Assembly: GCA_964523705.1 (NCBI GenBank)
Contig: CAZFYA010000001.1
Coordinates: forward strand, 121,420 to 185,419
Length of the DNA stretch: 64,000 bases
Reading direction: 5' to 3'
DNA from: an uncultured Gammaproteobacteria bacterium
GTDB taxonomy: Bacteria > Patescibacteriota > Microgenomatia > Levybacterales > UBA12049
The notes below the pieces were generated by a model, which had not been told where the DNA came from, did not search any database, and worked only from the letters and a program-made list of their open reading frames with translations. Positions 19,739 through 30,336 of this stretch are shown piece by piece; position 1 is the first letter of the stretch, and each line of letters starts with the position of its first letter. Both the position numbers and the translations under genes were made by a program.

Positions 19739-22700
19739 TTATACTACTTCTTCGTCTTTTTTTTCTTCTTGAATCTCTTCCTCATGTTTTACGCCTTCAA
19801 CCGGAATTAATCTTCCGATAATTACGTTTTCCTTAAGTCCGATTAGAGTATCTTCTGCACCTTCAAGTGAAGCTTCAGTTAGAACTTTAGTTGTTTCCTG
19901 AAATGAAGCTGCTGACAACCAAGAATCTGAGAAAAGTGCTGATTTTGTGATTCCAAGAATTGTTTGTCTGGCTGTTGCCGGTTCTCCTCCTTGAGACAAA
20001 ACTTCTGCATTAATATCTTCAAAAGTTGTTCTGGTAATAAAGTCTCCAGGGATTAAAGCTGTGTCTCCAACTGTTTCAACAATTACCTTATCAGACATTT
20101 TTCGAACAATTGTTTCAAAGTGTTTATCATTAATACTAATTCCCTGGGATTCATAAACTCTTTGTGCTTCTTTAATTACGTATTGCTGTGCTTCAAGTAA
20201 TCCTTTAATTTTTAAAACCTCTTTTGGATCAAGATAACCTTCAGCAAGTTGTGTTCCAATTCTTACTTCATCTCCGTCTTTTACTTTTAAAGTTGAAGCA
20301 AGTGGGATAAAGTATTCTCTTTCCTCAACCGGCTTTACTCTTCCACTTTTTATTCTTAATACATGACCATCTTCAGTTGGCTCAATCTTAACTTTTCCTG
20401 AAATATCTGAAATTGGAGAAAGATTTTTAGGTGTTCTCATTTCAAATAGCTCCTCAACTCTTGGAAGACCTTGGGTTACATCAGACATTACTACTCCTCC
20501 AAAATGTCTAACTCTCATTGTTAACTGGGTTCCCGGTTCTCCAATTGATTGAGCAGCAACTACTCCAACCGGAACACCTGGATTTACAACTTTTTTATTA
20601 CTAAAGTCCCAACCATAACATTTTGCACAAACTCCATACTTTAATTTACAATTTAGAGGAGATCTAACAACCAATTCTTTAATACCGCTATCAACAATTT
20701 CCTTTACCTTTTCTTCGGTTATCTCCTCACCTGCTTTTAGAATTTCTTTTTTATTTTTTGGAGAAGTAACTCTACCAACTACAAATCTTCCTAAAATTCT
20801 ATCTTTAAATAAAGCTGTTCTTCCTTGCTCCTCATCTTTAATTAAAATCCCCTCTGTTGCTCCACAATCTTCCTCTCTAACAATTACATCGTGAGAGACA
20901 TCAACTAATCTTCTGGTTAAATATCCTGCATTAGCTGTTTTTAAAGCAGAGTCGGTTAGTCCTTTTCTTGAACCTCTGGCTGAAGCAACGTATTCAAAAA
21001 TTGATAAACCTTCTCTAAAGTTTGATTTAATTGGAAGTTCAACAATTTTTCCAAGTGGATCTAGAATTAATCCTCTCATTGCTGAAAGCTGTTTTAGCTG
21101 TTCTTTTCCTGCTCTTGCTCCTTCAGAATCAATAATTATTTTAATAACATTCTCGCCTTTTAAGCTATTCCAAGTTAAATCAGCAATCTCATTGGTTGTT
21201 TTAAGCCAGATTTCATTTGATAAACGCTTTTTCTCATCATTTGTAATAAGACCTTCCTGATACTCTTTTTCAACTTCTGTAACTTTTCCTTCAGCTTCTT
21301 TAATTAACTTATCCTTTTCTAAAACTTCTTGATTATCAAATACTGAAACTGAAATCCCAGAAATTGTTGCACCGTAAAAACCAAGCGCTTTAACATTGTC
21401 AATTAGCTTTGCAACCTCATCGTGTGTACAATTAGCCGTTGCAGTTGTAATAATCTTTTTAATTCCTGATGCTTTAACAGGTGTATTAACAAAACCAATA
21501 ATATCTGGAAGTTGTTCGTTAAACATTATTCTGCCTAATGTTGTTTCAATAACTTCTCCGTTAACTTTAACGTTTATTGGTTCTCTTAATTTAATCTTGT
21601 TTAATGATTGAGCAAGATAAGCTTCGTTATTATTCATAAAATTAAGTAGGTTTTCTTTTCTTAAAGAATTATCAATACTGGTTAAGTAGTAAACTCCAAC
21701 TGCCATTTCCTTGTTTGGTAGTGTAATTGGGCTTCCATCTGCCGGTTTTAGTAAGTTGTGCCTTGGCATCATTAACTCAATTGCCTCTTCCTGTGCTTTT
21801 TTAGAAAGTGGGATATGAACTGCCATTTGGTCTCCGTCAAAATCAGCGTTATAGCCTGCGCAAACACAAGGATGAATACTAATTGCTGCTCCTTCAATTA
21901 AAACAGGGTAAAATGCCTGCATACCAAGCTTATGAAGGGTTGGTGCACGATTTAACAGAACCGGATGATCCTTGGTAATTTCTTCTAAAATATCAAAAAC
22001 CTCTGGTGGTCTTTTTTCAATAAATCTTTTTGCACTCTTAATATTTGGAGCAAATCCCCTAACAATTACTTCTCTTAAAACAAACGGCTTAAACATCTCT
22101 AAAGCCATTTCTTTTGGTAATCCACATTCTGAAATCTTAAGTTCAGGTCCAACAACAATAACTGATCTTCCTGAATAGTCAACTCTTTTTCCAAGTAAGT
22201 TTTGTCTAAATCTTCCCTGTTTTCCTCTAAGCATGTCAGAAAGTGATCTTAAAGGAGATGAGACCATTTGTCCTGTTCTTTGTGATGCATCAATTAAAGA
22301 ATCAACAGCTTCCTGAAGCATTCTTTTTTCATTTCTTAAGATAATTTCCGGTGCACCAAGAGAAATTAAGTGCTTAAGCCTGTTATTTCTGTTAATTACT
22401 CTTCTGTATAAATCGTTTAAATCAGAAGTTGCAAATCTTCCACCTGATAACTGAACCATTGGTCGAAGATCCGGTGGGATTACCGGAAGAACTGTAAAAA
22501 TGATATCAGCAGGTGATACTCCTGCTTTTCGCATTACTTCTAAAAGCCTTAATCTTTTTATGATTTTTAAGTATTTTTGTCCTTTTGATTTTTCAGCTTC
22601 TTTTCTTAAATCAACAATTAGTTCATCCAGTTTAATTTTTCCGATTAAATCTGAAATCCCCTCAGCTCCGGTTTTAATGTCAAAAAAGATTGGCAAATTA

Positions 22701-23485
22701 TATTCTAAAATCTTAAAGTATTCATCTTCTGATAAAACACTACCGACTTTTAAGCTTTTAATCAGTTTTCCTAAGGCGTCATATATTTCTTCGAGTTTTT
22801 TATTCTCAGCTGACAATTTTTCCATGAATGAGGCTATTTTTTGTTTTTTCTGAAGTTCAATCTCCTCGGCAATCAGTTCTTTTTGTTCTTTTCTAACTTT
22901 AATTTCTTTTGAATCTTTTTTCTTTTCACTTATTTCTTTTTCAATTCTCTTTTCTTCTTCTTTAAAAAGTTTTTCCTGATCAACTTTTCTTTCTTGAATA
23001 CTTTTCTCCAATGTTTTTATAGCTTCTTTTTTCTCTTCTTCATCAATGTTAGTTACTAAGTAGGCTGCGTAATAAACTACTGACTCAAGGCTTTTTTGAG
23101 ACATGTCCAAAATTAAAGGAAGCGCAGATGATGGACCTTTAAAAAACCAGACATGTCCAACCGGAGCCGCCAAATTAATGTGTCCCATTCGTTCTCTTCT
23201 AACTCTTGATAAAGTAACCTCAACTCCGCACTTATCACAAATTATGCCTCTGTTTCTGATTCTTTTGTATTTTCCACAATAACATTCCCAGTCCTTAGTT
23301 GGTCCAAAAATTCTCTCATCAAAAAGACCGGATTTTTCAGGTCTTAGTGTTCGATAGTTTATGGTTTCAGGTTTTGTGACCTCACCGTATGACCAGTTTA
23401 AAATATCTTCTTTTTTAGCCAGAAGTATTTTTAATGAATTAAAATCTAAAATGTTAATGTCTTTTTGTTTTTTAGTATTATTCAT
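19739..23485 (-). CDS. rpoC: DNA-directed RNA polymerase subunit beta'
   Basis: 1248 aa; zinc-binding CYCGKYKRI...CDKCGVEV and the NADFDGD catalytic motif. Confidence 0.95.
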   Translation of the reverse strand: MNNTKKQKDINILDFNSLKILLAKKEDILNWSYGEVTKPETINYRTLRPEKSGLFDERIFGPTKDWECYCGKYKRIRNRGIICDKCGVEVTLSRVRRERMGHINLAAPVGHVWFFKGPSSALPLILDMSQKSLESVVYYAAYLVTNIDEEEKKEAIKTLEKSIQERKVDQEKLFKEEEKRIEKEISEKKKDSKEIKVRKEQKELIAEEIELQKKQKIASFMEKLSAENKKLEEIYDALGKLIKSLKVGSVLSEDEYFKILEYNLPIFFDIKTGAEGISDLIGKIKLDELIVDLRKEAEKSKGQKYLKIIKRLRLLEVMRKAGVSPADIIFTVLPVIPPDLRPMVQLSGGRFATSDLNDLYRRVINRNNRLKHLISLGAPEIILRNEKRMLQEAVDSLIDASQRTGQMVSSPLRSLSDMLRGKQGRFRQNLLGKRVDYSGRSVIVVGPELKISECGLPKEMALEMFKPFVLREVIVRGFAPNIKSAKRFIEKRPPEVFDILEEITKDHPVLLNRAPTLHKLGMQAFYPVLIEGAAISIHPCVCAGYNADFDGDQMAVHIPLSKKAQEEAIELMMPRHNLLKPADGSPITLPNKEMAVGVYYLTSIDNSLRKENLLNFMNNNEAYLAQSLNKIKLREPINVKVNGEVIETTLGRIMFNEQLPDIIGFVNTPVKASGIKKIITTATANCTHDEVAKLIDNVKALGFYGATISGISVSVFDNQEVLEKDKLIKEAEGKVTEVEKEYQEGLITNDEKKRLSNEIWLKTTNEIADLTWNSLKGENVIKIIIDSEGARAGKEQLKQLSAMRGLILDPLGKIVELPIKSNFREGLSIFEYVASARGSRKGLTDSALKTANAGYLTRRLVDVSHDVIVREEDCGATEGILIKDEEQGRTALFKDRILGRFVVGRVTSPKNKKEILKAGEEITEEKVKEIVDSGIKELVVRSPLNCKLKYGVCAKCYGWDFSNKKVVNPGVPVGVVAAQSIGEPGTQLTMRVRHFGGVVMSDVTQGLPRVEELFEMRTPKNLSPISDISGKVKIEPTEDGHVLRIKSGRVKPVEEREYFIPLASTLKVKDGDEVRIGTQLAEGYLDPKEVLKIKGLLEAQQYVIKEAQRVYESQGISINDKHFETIVRKMSDKVIVETVGDTALIPGDFITRTTFEDINAEVLSQGGEPATARQTILGITKSALFSDSWLSAASFQETTKVLTEASLEGAEDTLIGLKENVIIGRLIPVEGVKHEEEIQEEKKDEEVV

Positions 23486-26400
23486 TTATTTTCCCTCTCC
23501 TTCACTGCCGGTTTTTAATCCTTCGGCAACCATTTCGCTTCCGCCAAGCTCTTTTACCATTTCTTCTGCTTCTTTTTCTACTTCTTCCTCAACTTTTTCT
23601 TCTTTCTCTTTTTCAGCTAATGGCTCTTCTTTTTCTTCTTCCTCAACTTGAGCACCAACCGGAGTAACGTTTAAGCCAAGAGCTGCTAATTCTTTAATTA
23701 ATACTTTAAAGCTCTCAGGAATCTTAGGAGTTGGAATATCTGTTCCTTTAACAATTGCCTCAAAGGCTTTTGCTCTTCCAACTACGTCATCTGATTTTAT
23801 AGTTAACATTTCCTGAAGAGTATACCTTGCCCGATGTGATTCAAGAGCCCAAACCTCCATTTCTCCTAGACGCTGTCCTCCCATTTGGGCTTTTCCACCA
23901 AGTGGCTGCTGTGTTACTAAAGAATATGGACCAGTACTTCTTGCGTGAGTTTTATCCTCAACCATGTGAATTAACTTCATCATGTATTCAAGCCCAACTA
24001 CAACCGGTTTTTCATAAGGCTCACCTGTTCTTCCGTCAAAAAGAATCGCTTTTCCATCAACTGGAAGCCCTGCTTTTTTTAAGTCATCAACAATTCTATC
24101 TTCCTCAATTTTTTCAAAAGCCGGAATACCCACCTTTCCTTTTAATCCTTTTTCTGCCCAGCCTAAATGAGCTTCTAATAGCTGTCCTAAATTCATACGG
24201 GCCAGTACTGAAATTGGAGAAATGATAATATCAACCGGTGTTCCATCAGCAAGTCGTGGCATGTCAACTTCAGGTAAGATTCTTGAAATTACACCTTTAT
24301 TTCCGTGTCTTCCGGCTAATTTATCTCCAATTACAACGTGTCGAAGTTGTGCAACCTCAACAATTATTTTTCTAATTGTTCCGGGTTCTAATTCATCGCC
24401 TTTTTTCCTATCTAAAATTTGAACATTAATAACAGTACCCCTCTCTCCATGAGGCATCCTCAAAGATGTATCCCTTACATCTCTTGCCTGTTCTCCAAAG
24501 ATAGCTCTTAATAGTCTTTCCTCTGCTGTTAATTCAGTTTCACCCTTTGGTGCAATTTTTCCAACTAAAATATCTCCTGATGAAACATCTGAGCCGACAA
24601 CTACAATTCCTTCTTCATCTAAGTTTGCCAAGTCCTCCTCTGAAACATTTGGAATATCTCTGGTTGTTTCTTCAGGTCCTAGTTTTGTTTCAACTACTGC
24701 TGCTTCGTGTTTTTCAATGTGAATTGAAGTTAAAACATCTTCTTTTACCAATTTTTCAGAAATGACAATTGCGTCTTCATAGCCTAGTCCGTCAAATGAG
24801 GTATAGGCAATTAAAAGATTTCTACCTAAAGCCAATTCTCCCTCATCTGATGCCGGTCCATCAATTAATAAATCACCTTTTTTAACTTTTTGTCCGGTTT
24901 TAACAACTGTTCTTTGAGTATAGGCAGTTGCTTGAGAAGTTCTTCTAAATGAATCAACTAAATATGTTTCTTCTTCTTTCCCTTTTCCCTTAATTATTAC
25001 TTTTGTTGCATCGGCATATGTAATTGTGCCATCAAATGGAGCAAGAACTACTCTTCCCATAACTTGGGAGATTTCTTTTTCCATACCTGTTCCAACCACC
25101 GGGCTTTCAGGTTTAACAAGTGGTACTGCCTGGCACTGCATGTGGGTTCCCATTAGGGCTCTATTGGCCTCATCATGGCTTACAAATGGAATTAAAGAAG
25201 CTGCTGCTCCAACAACTTGTCTTGGAACAATATCAACATATTCAATTCTCTCTTTTTCAGCCTCTAAAAACTCTCCTCTGTATCTTGCCGGAACACGCTC
25301 GCTTTTAATTGTTCCGTCTTCTCCTAATACTTCAGCATGAGAAATATAGTGTTTTCGCTCATCATCGGCTGTCATGTAGACGATTTCATTGGTTGCTTTA
25401 GAAGTAGTCTTTTTACCCTTTTTAGTATGAACCACTTTTCTATATGGTGTCTCTAAAAAACCAAATGGATTAACCCTTGAATAAAGTGACATGTAAGTTA
25501 CAAGGCCAATATTTGGTCCTTCAGGACTTCTAATAGGACAAATTCTTCCGTATTGGGAAGAATTAATGTCTCTGATTGAAAAGGCTGCTCTTTCTCTTGA
25601 AATTCCACCTGTTCCCATAACAGTTAATCTGTTTAAATTGTCAACTTCTGATAAGGGATTTGTTTGGTCTAAAATTGTGGATAACTGTGAGGTTCTGAAG
25701 AATTCATTAATTGAAGCCATAATTGGTCTGGCATTAATAAGGTTGGCAATTGAAATTGGCGCATCTGCCTGAATTAAACTCATTCTCTCTTTAATGCTTC
25801 GCTCAAGTCTTAAAACTCCGATTCTAAAAGCAGTTGTAGCAACTAATTCTCCAACACATCTAACTCTTCTATTGGCAAGACTGTCAATATCATCAACTCC
25901 GTCTCCGCCTTTGGCAAGCTCAATTAAGGTTGCAATTGTACCAACAATATCATCAATGGTTAAAATCCTGGTATTTTCATCTGCTTGATTAAAACCTGAA
26001 GCATCTTTTAGTTTTTTATTTATCTTATATCTTCCAACAGTTCCTAAATCATACCTTCTGTTATTAAAAAACATGCCGTTAAAGTTTTCTTTTACCTTAT
26101 CAATAACAATTGGTTCTCCTGGGTGCATTTTCTTAAAGATTTCAACAACTGCTTCATCTGAATCAACTGTGTCGTCTTTTTGTAAAGTATTATCAATAAA
26201 GGAGGTTTTTCCATCTGCTTCTAATTCCTTAAATCTCTCCTTAATATCTTCATTTGAGGATAAACCAACTGCTCTTAAAAAGGTTGATGCTAAAAACTTT
26301 CTTCTTCTGTCAATCTTAACCATAATGGTTTCATGCCTGGTGGTTGTAAACTCAAGCCATGAACCATGAACCGGTCTGATTTCTCCCATGTATAAGTTTT

Positions 26401-26878
26401 TTCCGGTTACATTATCCTGAACTGCTGTAAAGTATACTCCTGGAGATCTGACCAATTGATTTACAACTGCTCTTTCAATTCCATTAACAATAAATGTTCC
26501 TCTTTTTGTCATTTGTGGAATATCACCTAGGAATACTTCCTGGCTTATTTCTCCGTTGGTTTTTTTGTTAATTAGGGTTGCGTTTACGTAAAGTGGGGCG
26601 TCAAAGGTTAGTCCTTTAAGAAGACAAGTCTCAGGGGTATTAGAAGGCTTTCCAAACCTGTAGTCCTTAAGAATAAGTGTCCAGTTTTTCTCTGTAAAAT
26701 CTTCAATTGGGGATATTTCACCTAATACATCTTTAATGCCTTTTTCTATAAACAACTTATATGATTCTTTCTGGATTGAAAGAAGATCTAATTTTGGTAA
26801 TGAGGAATATGTTTTGCCCCAATTCTTTCTGACAAGAGTTTTACTCTCTTTGTTGTTTTTATTACTCTTCTTTGGCAT
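23486..26878 (-). CDS. rpoB: DNA-directed RNA polymerase subunit beta
   Basis: 1130 aa; conserved beta-subunit blocks; acidic C-terminal tail. Confidence 0.95.
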   Translation of the reverse strand: MPKKSNKNNKESKTLVRKNWGKTYSSLPKLDLLSIQKESYKLFIEKGIKDVLGEISPIEDFTEKNWTLILKDYRFGKPSNTPETCLLKGLTFDAPLYVNATLINKKTNGEISQEVFLGDIPQMTKRGTFIVNGIERAVVNQLVRSPGVYFTAVQDNVTGKNLYMGEIRPVHGSWLEFTTTRHETIMVKIDRRRKFLASTFLRAVGLSSNEDIKERFKELEADGKTSFIDNTLQKDDTVDSDEAVVEIFKKMHPGEPIVIDKVKENFNGMFFNNRRYDLGTVGRYKINKKLKDASGFNQADENTRILTIDDIVGTIATLIELAKGGDGVDDIDSLANRRVRCVGELVATTAFRIGVLRLERSIKERMSLIQADAPISIANLINARPIMASINEFFRTSQLSTILDQTNPLSEVDNLNRLTVMGTGGISRERAAFSIRDINSSQYGRICPIRSPEGPNIGLVTYMSLYSRVNPFGFLETPYRKVVHTKKGKKTTSKATNEIVYMTADDERKHYISHAEVLGEDGTIKSERVPARYRGEFLEAEKERIEYVDIVPRQVVGAAASLIPFVSHDEANRALMGTHMQCQAVPLVKPESPVVGTGMEKEISQVMGRVVLAPFDGTITYADATKVIIKGKGKEEETYLVDSFRRTSQATAYTQRTVVKTGQKVKKGDLLIDGPASDEGELALGRNLLIAYTSFDGLGYEDAIVISEKLVKEDVLTSIHIEKHEAAVVETKLGPEETTRDIPNVSEEDLANLDEEGIVVVGSDVSSGDILVGKIAPKGETELTAEERLLRAIFGEQARDVRDTSLRMPHGERGTVINVQILDRKKGDELEPGTIRKIIVEVAQLRHVVIGDKLAGRHGNKGVISRILPEVDMPRLADGTPVDIIISPISVLARMNLGQLLEAHLGWAEKGLKGKVGIPAFEKIEEDRIVDDLKKAGLPVDGKAILFDGRTGEPYEKPVVVGLEYMMKLIHMVEDKTHARSTGPYSLVTQQPLGGKAQMGGQRLGEMEVWALESHRARYTLQEMLTIKSDDVVGRAKAFEAIVKGTDIPTPKIPESFKVLIKELAALGLNVTPVGAQVEEEEKEEPLAEKEKEEKVEEEVEKEAEEMVKELGGSEMVAEGLKTGSEGEGK

Positions 26879-26964
26879 TTGAAAAATCTTTAGATAAATT
26901 CTTTAGAAATACAAAAAAAATCAACCAGACTTTCGTCCGTTAATTTTCTAATGAAAGTATTAGG

Positions 26965-26993
26965 TTTATATCACAGCCTATTATAGCTGTCAA
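26965..26993 (-). promoter_or_regulatory. rpoB promoter (-35 TTGACA, 17 bp, extended -10 TGaTATAAA)
   Basis: Minus-strand read: ttgaca gctataataggctgtga tataaa. Confidence 0.5.
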
Positions 26994-27001
26994 GAGGTAA
27001 A

Positions 27002-27030
27002 TTGATATGTGAAAATTATTGCAGTATAAT
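27002..27030 (+). promoter_or_regulatory. divergent promoter for the defence-island gene (-35 TTGATA, 17 bp, -10 TATAAT)
   Basis: Plus-strand read: ttgata tgtgaaaattattgcag tataat. Confidence 0.5.
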
Positions 27031-27045
27031 TACCTTTTAGCATTT

Positions 27046-28071
27046 ATGCCATCACAAGCAGAAATGAAACCGCTGCCTTCTTATCCATCTAAGGAAGGGA
27101 TTATTTTAAACTTCAGCGACCCTGACGTACAAGCAGATTTTTTAACAAGACCAAAAGAAGAACGACAAAAATTTATTAATGAGCAGCAAGAGTTTCAAGA
27201 CAAAGCAAGAAGTGTTTCAGAAGCTGTTTTTAAAAGAACATTGCCGTTTTTTACCCATGTTTATGAGTTTTTGGAAGATGATTTAATTGATAGAAGACAG
27301 CAATTATTTGAAGATAGACTTCTTCATAAAGAAGACTTAGCTATTTTCGAAGAAGAAAACCCAATCTACTCTTTGACAATTTCACTTGTACAAAAAGCGC
27401 TTGAAGCAATTCCTCCTGAATACAGAAAGGGCTTTGATATCAGGGACTACCTGGTTCCTGTCGGAGATAAAGATGAAGCCTTCTTAAGAACAGGAAAAAC
27501 TAAAAAAGATGATTTAAAAGCTTTTCTTTCTAGGGATAATCTAGAAATAATTTGGAATGTTGATACAGAAGACCACGATACAAATAATCATGTAAACCCC
27601 TCTAGCCCTGAATACGAATATATCTTACCTCACACATTTTCATTGCTTTGCGCATCTTTGGATTTAATAACCAGCCAGGAAATTAGAATAAGAAATTATG
27701 GTAAAACTGTTGAAGAAAGACAAGGTTTTTCAATTATTTATACTGATACTAAAACAGGAGAACAGGATATTGTAAATGAGAAACTAAACGAAGCTACAAA
27801 ATTAACACTGGTTTACTCAATGCTTTTAAAATATAGTCCACTTGGAAGATTTATTGATCAAGAAAAAGTTAACAATAGTGAAATGAAAAATCTTTGCTTG
27901 GATATCTCCGAGCTTGTTGATTTTCTCCCGCCTTATCAATTTCAACACTGCTACTTAACCGGTAATTTTGAATTACTACGTGAAAAAATGAAAGAAACCC
28001 AAAAACAAGAAGGAAAACCAGGAGAAAAAGTAATAGCAATTTTTAATAGATATAGCGGTATAAAGATATAG
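27046..28071 (+). CDS. hypothetical protein (about 340 aa), first gene of the defence island
   Basis: The ORF track uses a TTG start at 27019, which lies inside the predicted promoter. First ATG at 27046; alternative at 27064 (MKPLPSYPS). No recognisable domain. Confidence 0.45.
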   Translation: MPSQAEMKPLPSYPSKEGIILNFSDPDVQADFLTRPKEERQKFINEQQEFQDKARSVSEAVFKRTLPFFTHVYEFLEDDLIDRRQQLFEDRLLHKEDLAIFEEENPIYSLTISLVQKALEAIPPEYRKGFDIRDYLVPVGDKDEAFLRTGKTKKDDLKAFLSRDNLEIIWNVDTEDHDTNNHVNPSSPEYEYILPHTFSLLCASLDLITSQEIRIRNYGKTVEERQGFSIIYTDTKTGEQDIVNEKLNEATKLTLVYSMLLKYSPLGRFIDQEKVNNSEMKNLCLDISELVDFLPPYQFQHCYLTGNFELLREKMKETQKQEGKPGEKVIAIFNRYSGIKI

Positions 28072-28076
28072 GATAA

Positions 28077-28733
28077 TTAAGTTTTCTTATGATACACCTT
28101 TTCCCCAAGATGCCTATATTTACACCATGAACAATTAGGATTTTCCACTGGTGGTTTACCTTCTAATAATTTATTTATTTCTCCAATAAATTCTAAAAAG
28201 GAATCTTTTTTAATATCAACCTCTAACCATTGAGGTGGAAAATCAATAATTGCTTTTCCGTTTTCAAATTTTGTTTTATCAGGATACATAATAACAAGAC
28301 CAAGTTTTGTTATCTCTTTTGGTATCCCCCTTGCTGGATTTTCAAAAGCATAATGATATGCTTGAAGCTGTGTTTGGTACTTAGCAATCTTCTCCTCTGT
28401 TGGCTGACTTATTTTAAAATCAATAATTAAATACGTACCGTTCTTTTGTTTTACTAATAAATCATATTTTCCTTTAATATATATTTTTGTTTGGGGAATT
28501 ATCTTTGATTCAACAAAGCCTTCTTGGCTTTCAACAGTTCCCTCTGGTAAAAACTTAGATAATAATCTTAAATCCTGCCCTATTAATGCATTTTGAAGTC
28601 TTGTATTTAAAGCTGTAAAAACTCCTGGGAAAGGAGATGAAGGACGATAAATACCATGTTTTACCTTTAAATAATAACAACATTTACATTCTTCATAAAG
28701 ATAAGCAAAATCTGATGGGGATAGTTTATACAT
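28077..28733 (-). CDS. Cas4-like / RecB-family PD-(D/E)xK nuclease with Cys cluster (DUF83-like), not CRISPR-linked
   Basis: N-terminal LSPSDFAYLYEECKCCYYL resembles the Cas4 ...YLYCPR..YL motif. Nuclease motifs present: GKYDLL, IIDFK and QLQAYHYAF (QhxxY). C-terminal CSWCKYRHL. Confidence 0.65.
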   Translation of the reverse strand: MYKLSPSDFAYLYEECKCCYYLKVKHGIYRPSSPFPGVFTALNTRLQNALIGQDLRLLSKFLPEGTVESQEGFVESKIIPQTKIYIKGKYDLLVKQKNGTYLIIDFKISQPTEEKIAKYQTQLQAYHYAFENPARGIPKEITKLGLVIMYPDKTKFENGKAIIDFPPQWLEVDIKKDSFLEFIGEINKLLEGKPPVENPNCSWCKYRHLGEKVYHKKT

Positions 28734-28886
28734 AGAAAGATTATACGACTTTAATAGGAAAATTTATATAGTAATTTTACGTGGTTATGCCTTGAGAATG
28801 CGGGAATATCCTGTGTGCTCCTAATTCCTAACCTCTAAAAGACTAAAAACACCTAATTGAAATATAGACTTTTTTAAAACAAGGAA

Positions 28887-29444
28887 TCAAGAAGTTTTAG
28901 TTTTGAGTATATTATTAATTAAATCATTTCTATCCCAAAGAGTAATATTGTTTTTTTTAGCTAGATACATAGCTTCATTTGTATAGTTACTATTAGTCAC
29001 AACCATACCTAGATCACAGTTCCTAGGCTTAATAACCGTATTAACCTCTCTTATGGCATCTGGTCCTACTTTATTTTTATATCTTTTTGCTTGAACTGCT
29101 ATTTTTAGGTCATTCATTTCAATAATTAAATCTGAGCCTAAATCTCCTGTTCTCCCAACTTGTTTTACACTATATCCTAATTTAGTAAATAAACTTGTAA
29201 GAAATACCTCAAAATCCACTCCCGACATTTTATCCACCTCAGAGATCCCTGCTTTTCTTATTCTTTGATAGTTATAAATTTTAATAGCTATTATAGTGAT
29301 CATCATGACTAAAAGTAAAACAAATAACCACCAATTTTTAATAATTATTTGAGAATAAAGATTGAGTACTAAAGGAAATGATTGAAGCATCGGTTGAATT
29401 AGTATCTTTTCATAGTCCATTTGAAATGGTGTTGGTGTAGGCAT
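28887..29444 (-). CDS. membrane-anchored Mrr-like restriction endonuclease (Mrr_cat) domain protein
   Basis: TM helix (WWLFVLLLVMMITIIAIKIY) followed by GVDFEVFLTSLFTKLGYSV...GRTGDLGSDLII...IAVQAKRYKNKVGPDAIRE, matching the Mrr catalytic-domain pattern. Confidence 0.65.
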   Translation of the reverse strand: MPTPTPFQMDYEKILIQPMLQSFPLVLNLYSQIIIKNWWLFVLLLVMMITIIAIKIYNYQRIRKAGISEVDKMSGVDFEVFLTSLFTKLGYSVKQVGRTGDLGSDLIIEMNDLKIAVQAKRYKNKVGPDAIREVNTVIKPRNCDLGMVVTNSNYTNEAMYLAKKNNITLWDRNDLINNILKTKTS

Positions 29445-29480
29445 AAATTAATAGAACTACAAATATATTAAGAAGTCAAG

Positions 29481-29548
29481 CTTAAAATCCAAATATTTCG
29501 AGGGCTTTGTAGATAAAAGGGCTGGCCAGACTATTGCTTTAAGAGTTC
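29481..29548. repeat. direct repeat copy 1 (~68 bp); decayed duplicate of the 3' end of gene 31622-31873
   Basis: cttaaaatccaaatatttcgagggctttgtagataaaagggctggccagactattgctttaagagttc, against copy 2 at 31621-31689. Confidence 0.8.
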
Positions 29549-30312
29549 TCTTTTATAAAATCTTTTAATAAAAATGCACTAAAAATCAGTTTATTTGATG
29601 TCTTAATTGTTCTATGCATTTCTGTATTGCTTTCAAACCAAGGAATACCATCTATAATGGTAATTCCTTCTGTTTTTTTAGAATTAATATTTGCTATGCT
29701 AACAGCGCTTCTAAATTGACCTAACTGGGTTCCTCCGTCGTCTGTGATAAACTTTGCTTCAATTATAAAAAAATGCTTATCTGTTTTAAAAAGTGCATCA
29801 ATTCCTTTTTCAAGATAATTTATGCCTAGTTCTTCTTTTGCATATTCCGATAACTTTCTGTCTGAACCTTCTAAAAATCCGTATTTTGTTTTTTTAAAGT
29901 CTCTTTTATTGTAAAAGGGATATTTTTCTTTTTTTAACCAAGCACGAAAACAGGGTCCATATCTCCTGGAATCAGATTTTGGAGTAGAAGAAAGTTTAAT
30001 TATTCCTTTTTCTCCGATTTCAAAAAGCTTTTTAGCAATAATGTTCACAATCTTAGGATTTTTATCCACTAAATGCTTATGCTTTCTCAGTGATGCAACA
30101 TACGAATTATTAAACGGAAATCTTTTAAGAAGAAGCACTTTACTGAGTAATTCGTTTTTATCTTTTTTAAGATAAGCCTTTTTGATCTCATCCCTAAGTG
30201 TTTGATCAATTTTTCTTTCGAGCCCCTCGCCTATTGGGTAAATTTCCAACAATTTGTCTAAATATCCGTTTGAATTTGCTAACTCAAGGCTTTTTTTAGT
30301 CCATTTATTCAT
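29539..30312 (-). CDS. putative type II restriction endonuclease (PD-(D/E)xK-like)
   Basis: 257 aa, 24 nt downstream of and co-oriented with the MTase; ...DKHFFIIEAKF... is a candidate D-x(n)-E-x-K catalytic core. Confidence 0.5.
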   Translation of the reverse strand: MNKWTKKSLELANSNGYLDKLLEIYPIGEGLERKIDQTLRDEIKKAYLKKDKNELLSKVLLLKRFPFNNSYVASLRKHKHLVDKNPKIVNIIAKKLFEIGEKGIIKLSSTPKSDSRRYGPCFRAWLKKEKYPFYNKRDFKKTKYGFLEGSDRKLSEYAKEELGINYLEKGIDALFKTDKHFFIIEAKFITDDGGTQLGQFRSAVSIANINSKKTEGITIIDGIPWFESNTEMHRTIKTSNKLIFSAFLLKDFIKENS

Positions 30313-30336
30313 TGCAATTGCGTATTATACAACAAG

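Noticed and set aside
27019-27045. TTG start for the first island gene
   Set aside because: The TTG lies inside the spacer/-10 of the predicted promoter, so an ATG at 27046 or 27064 is more plausible.
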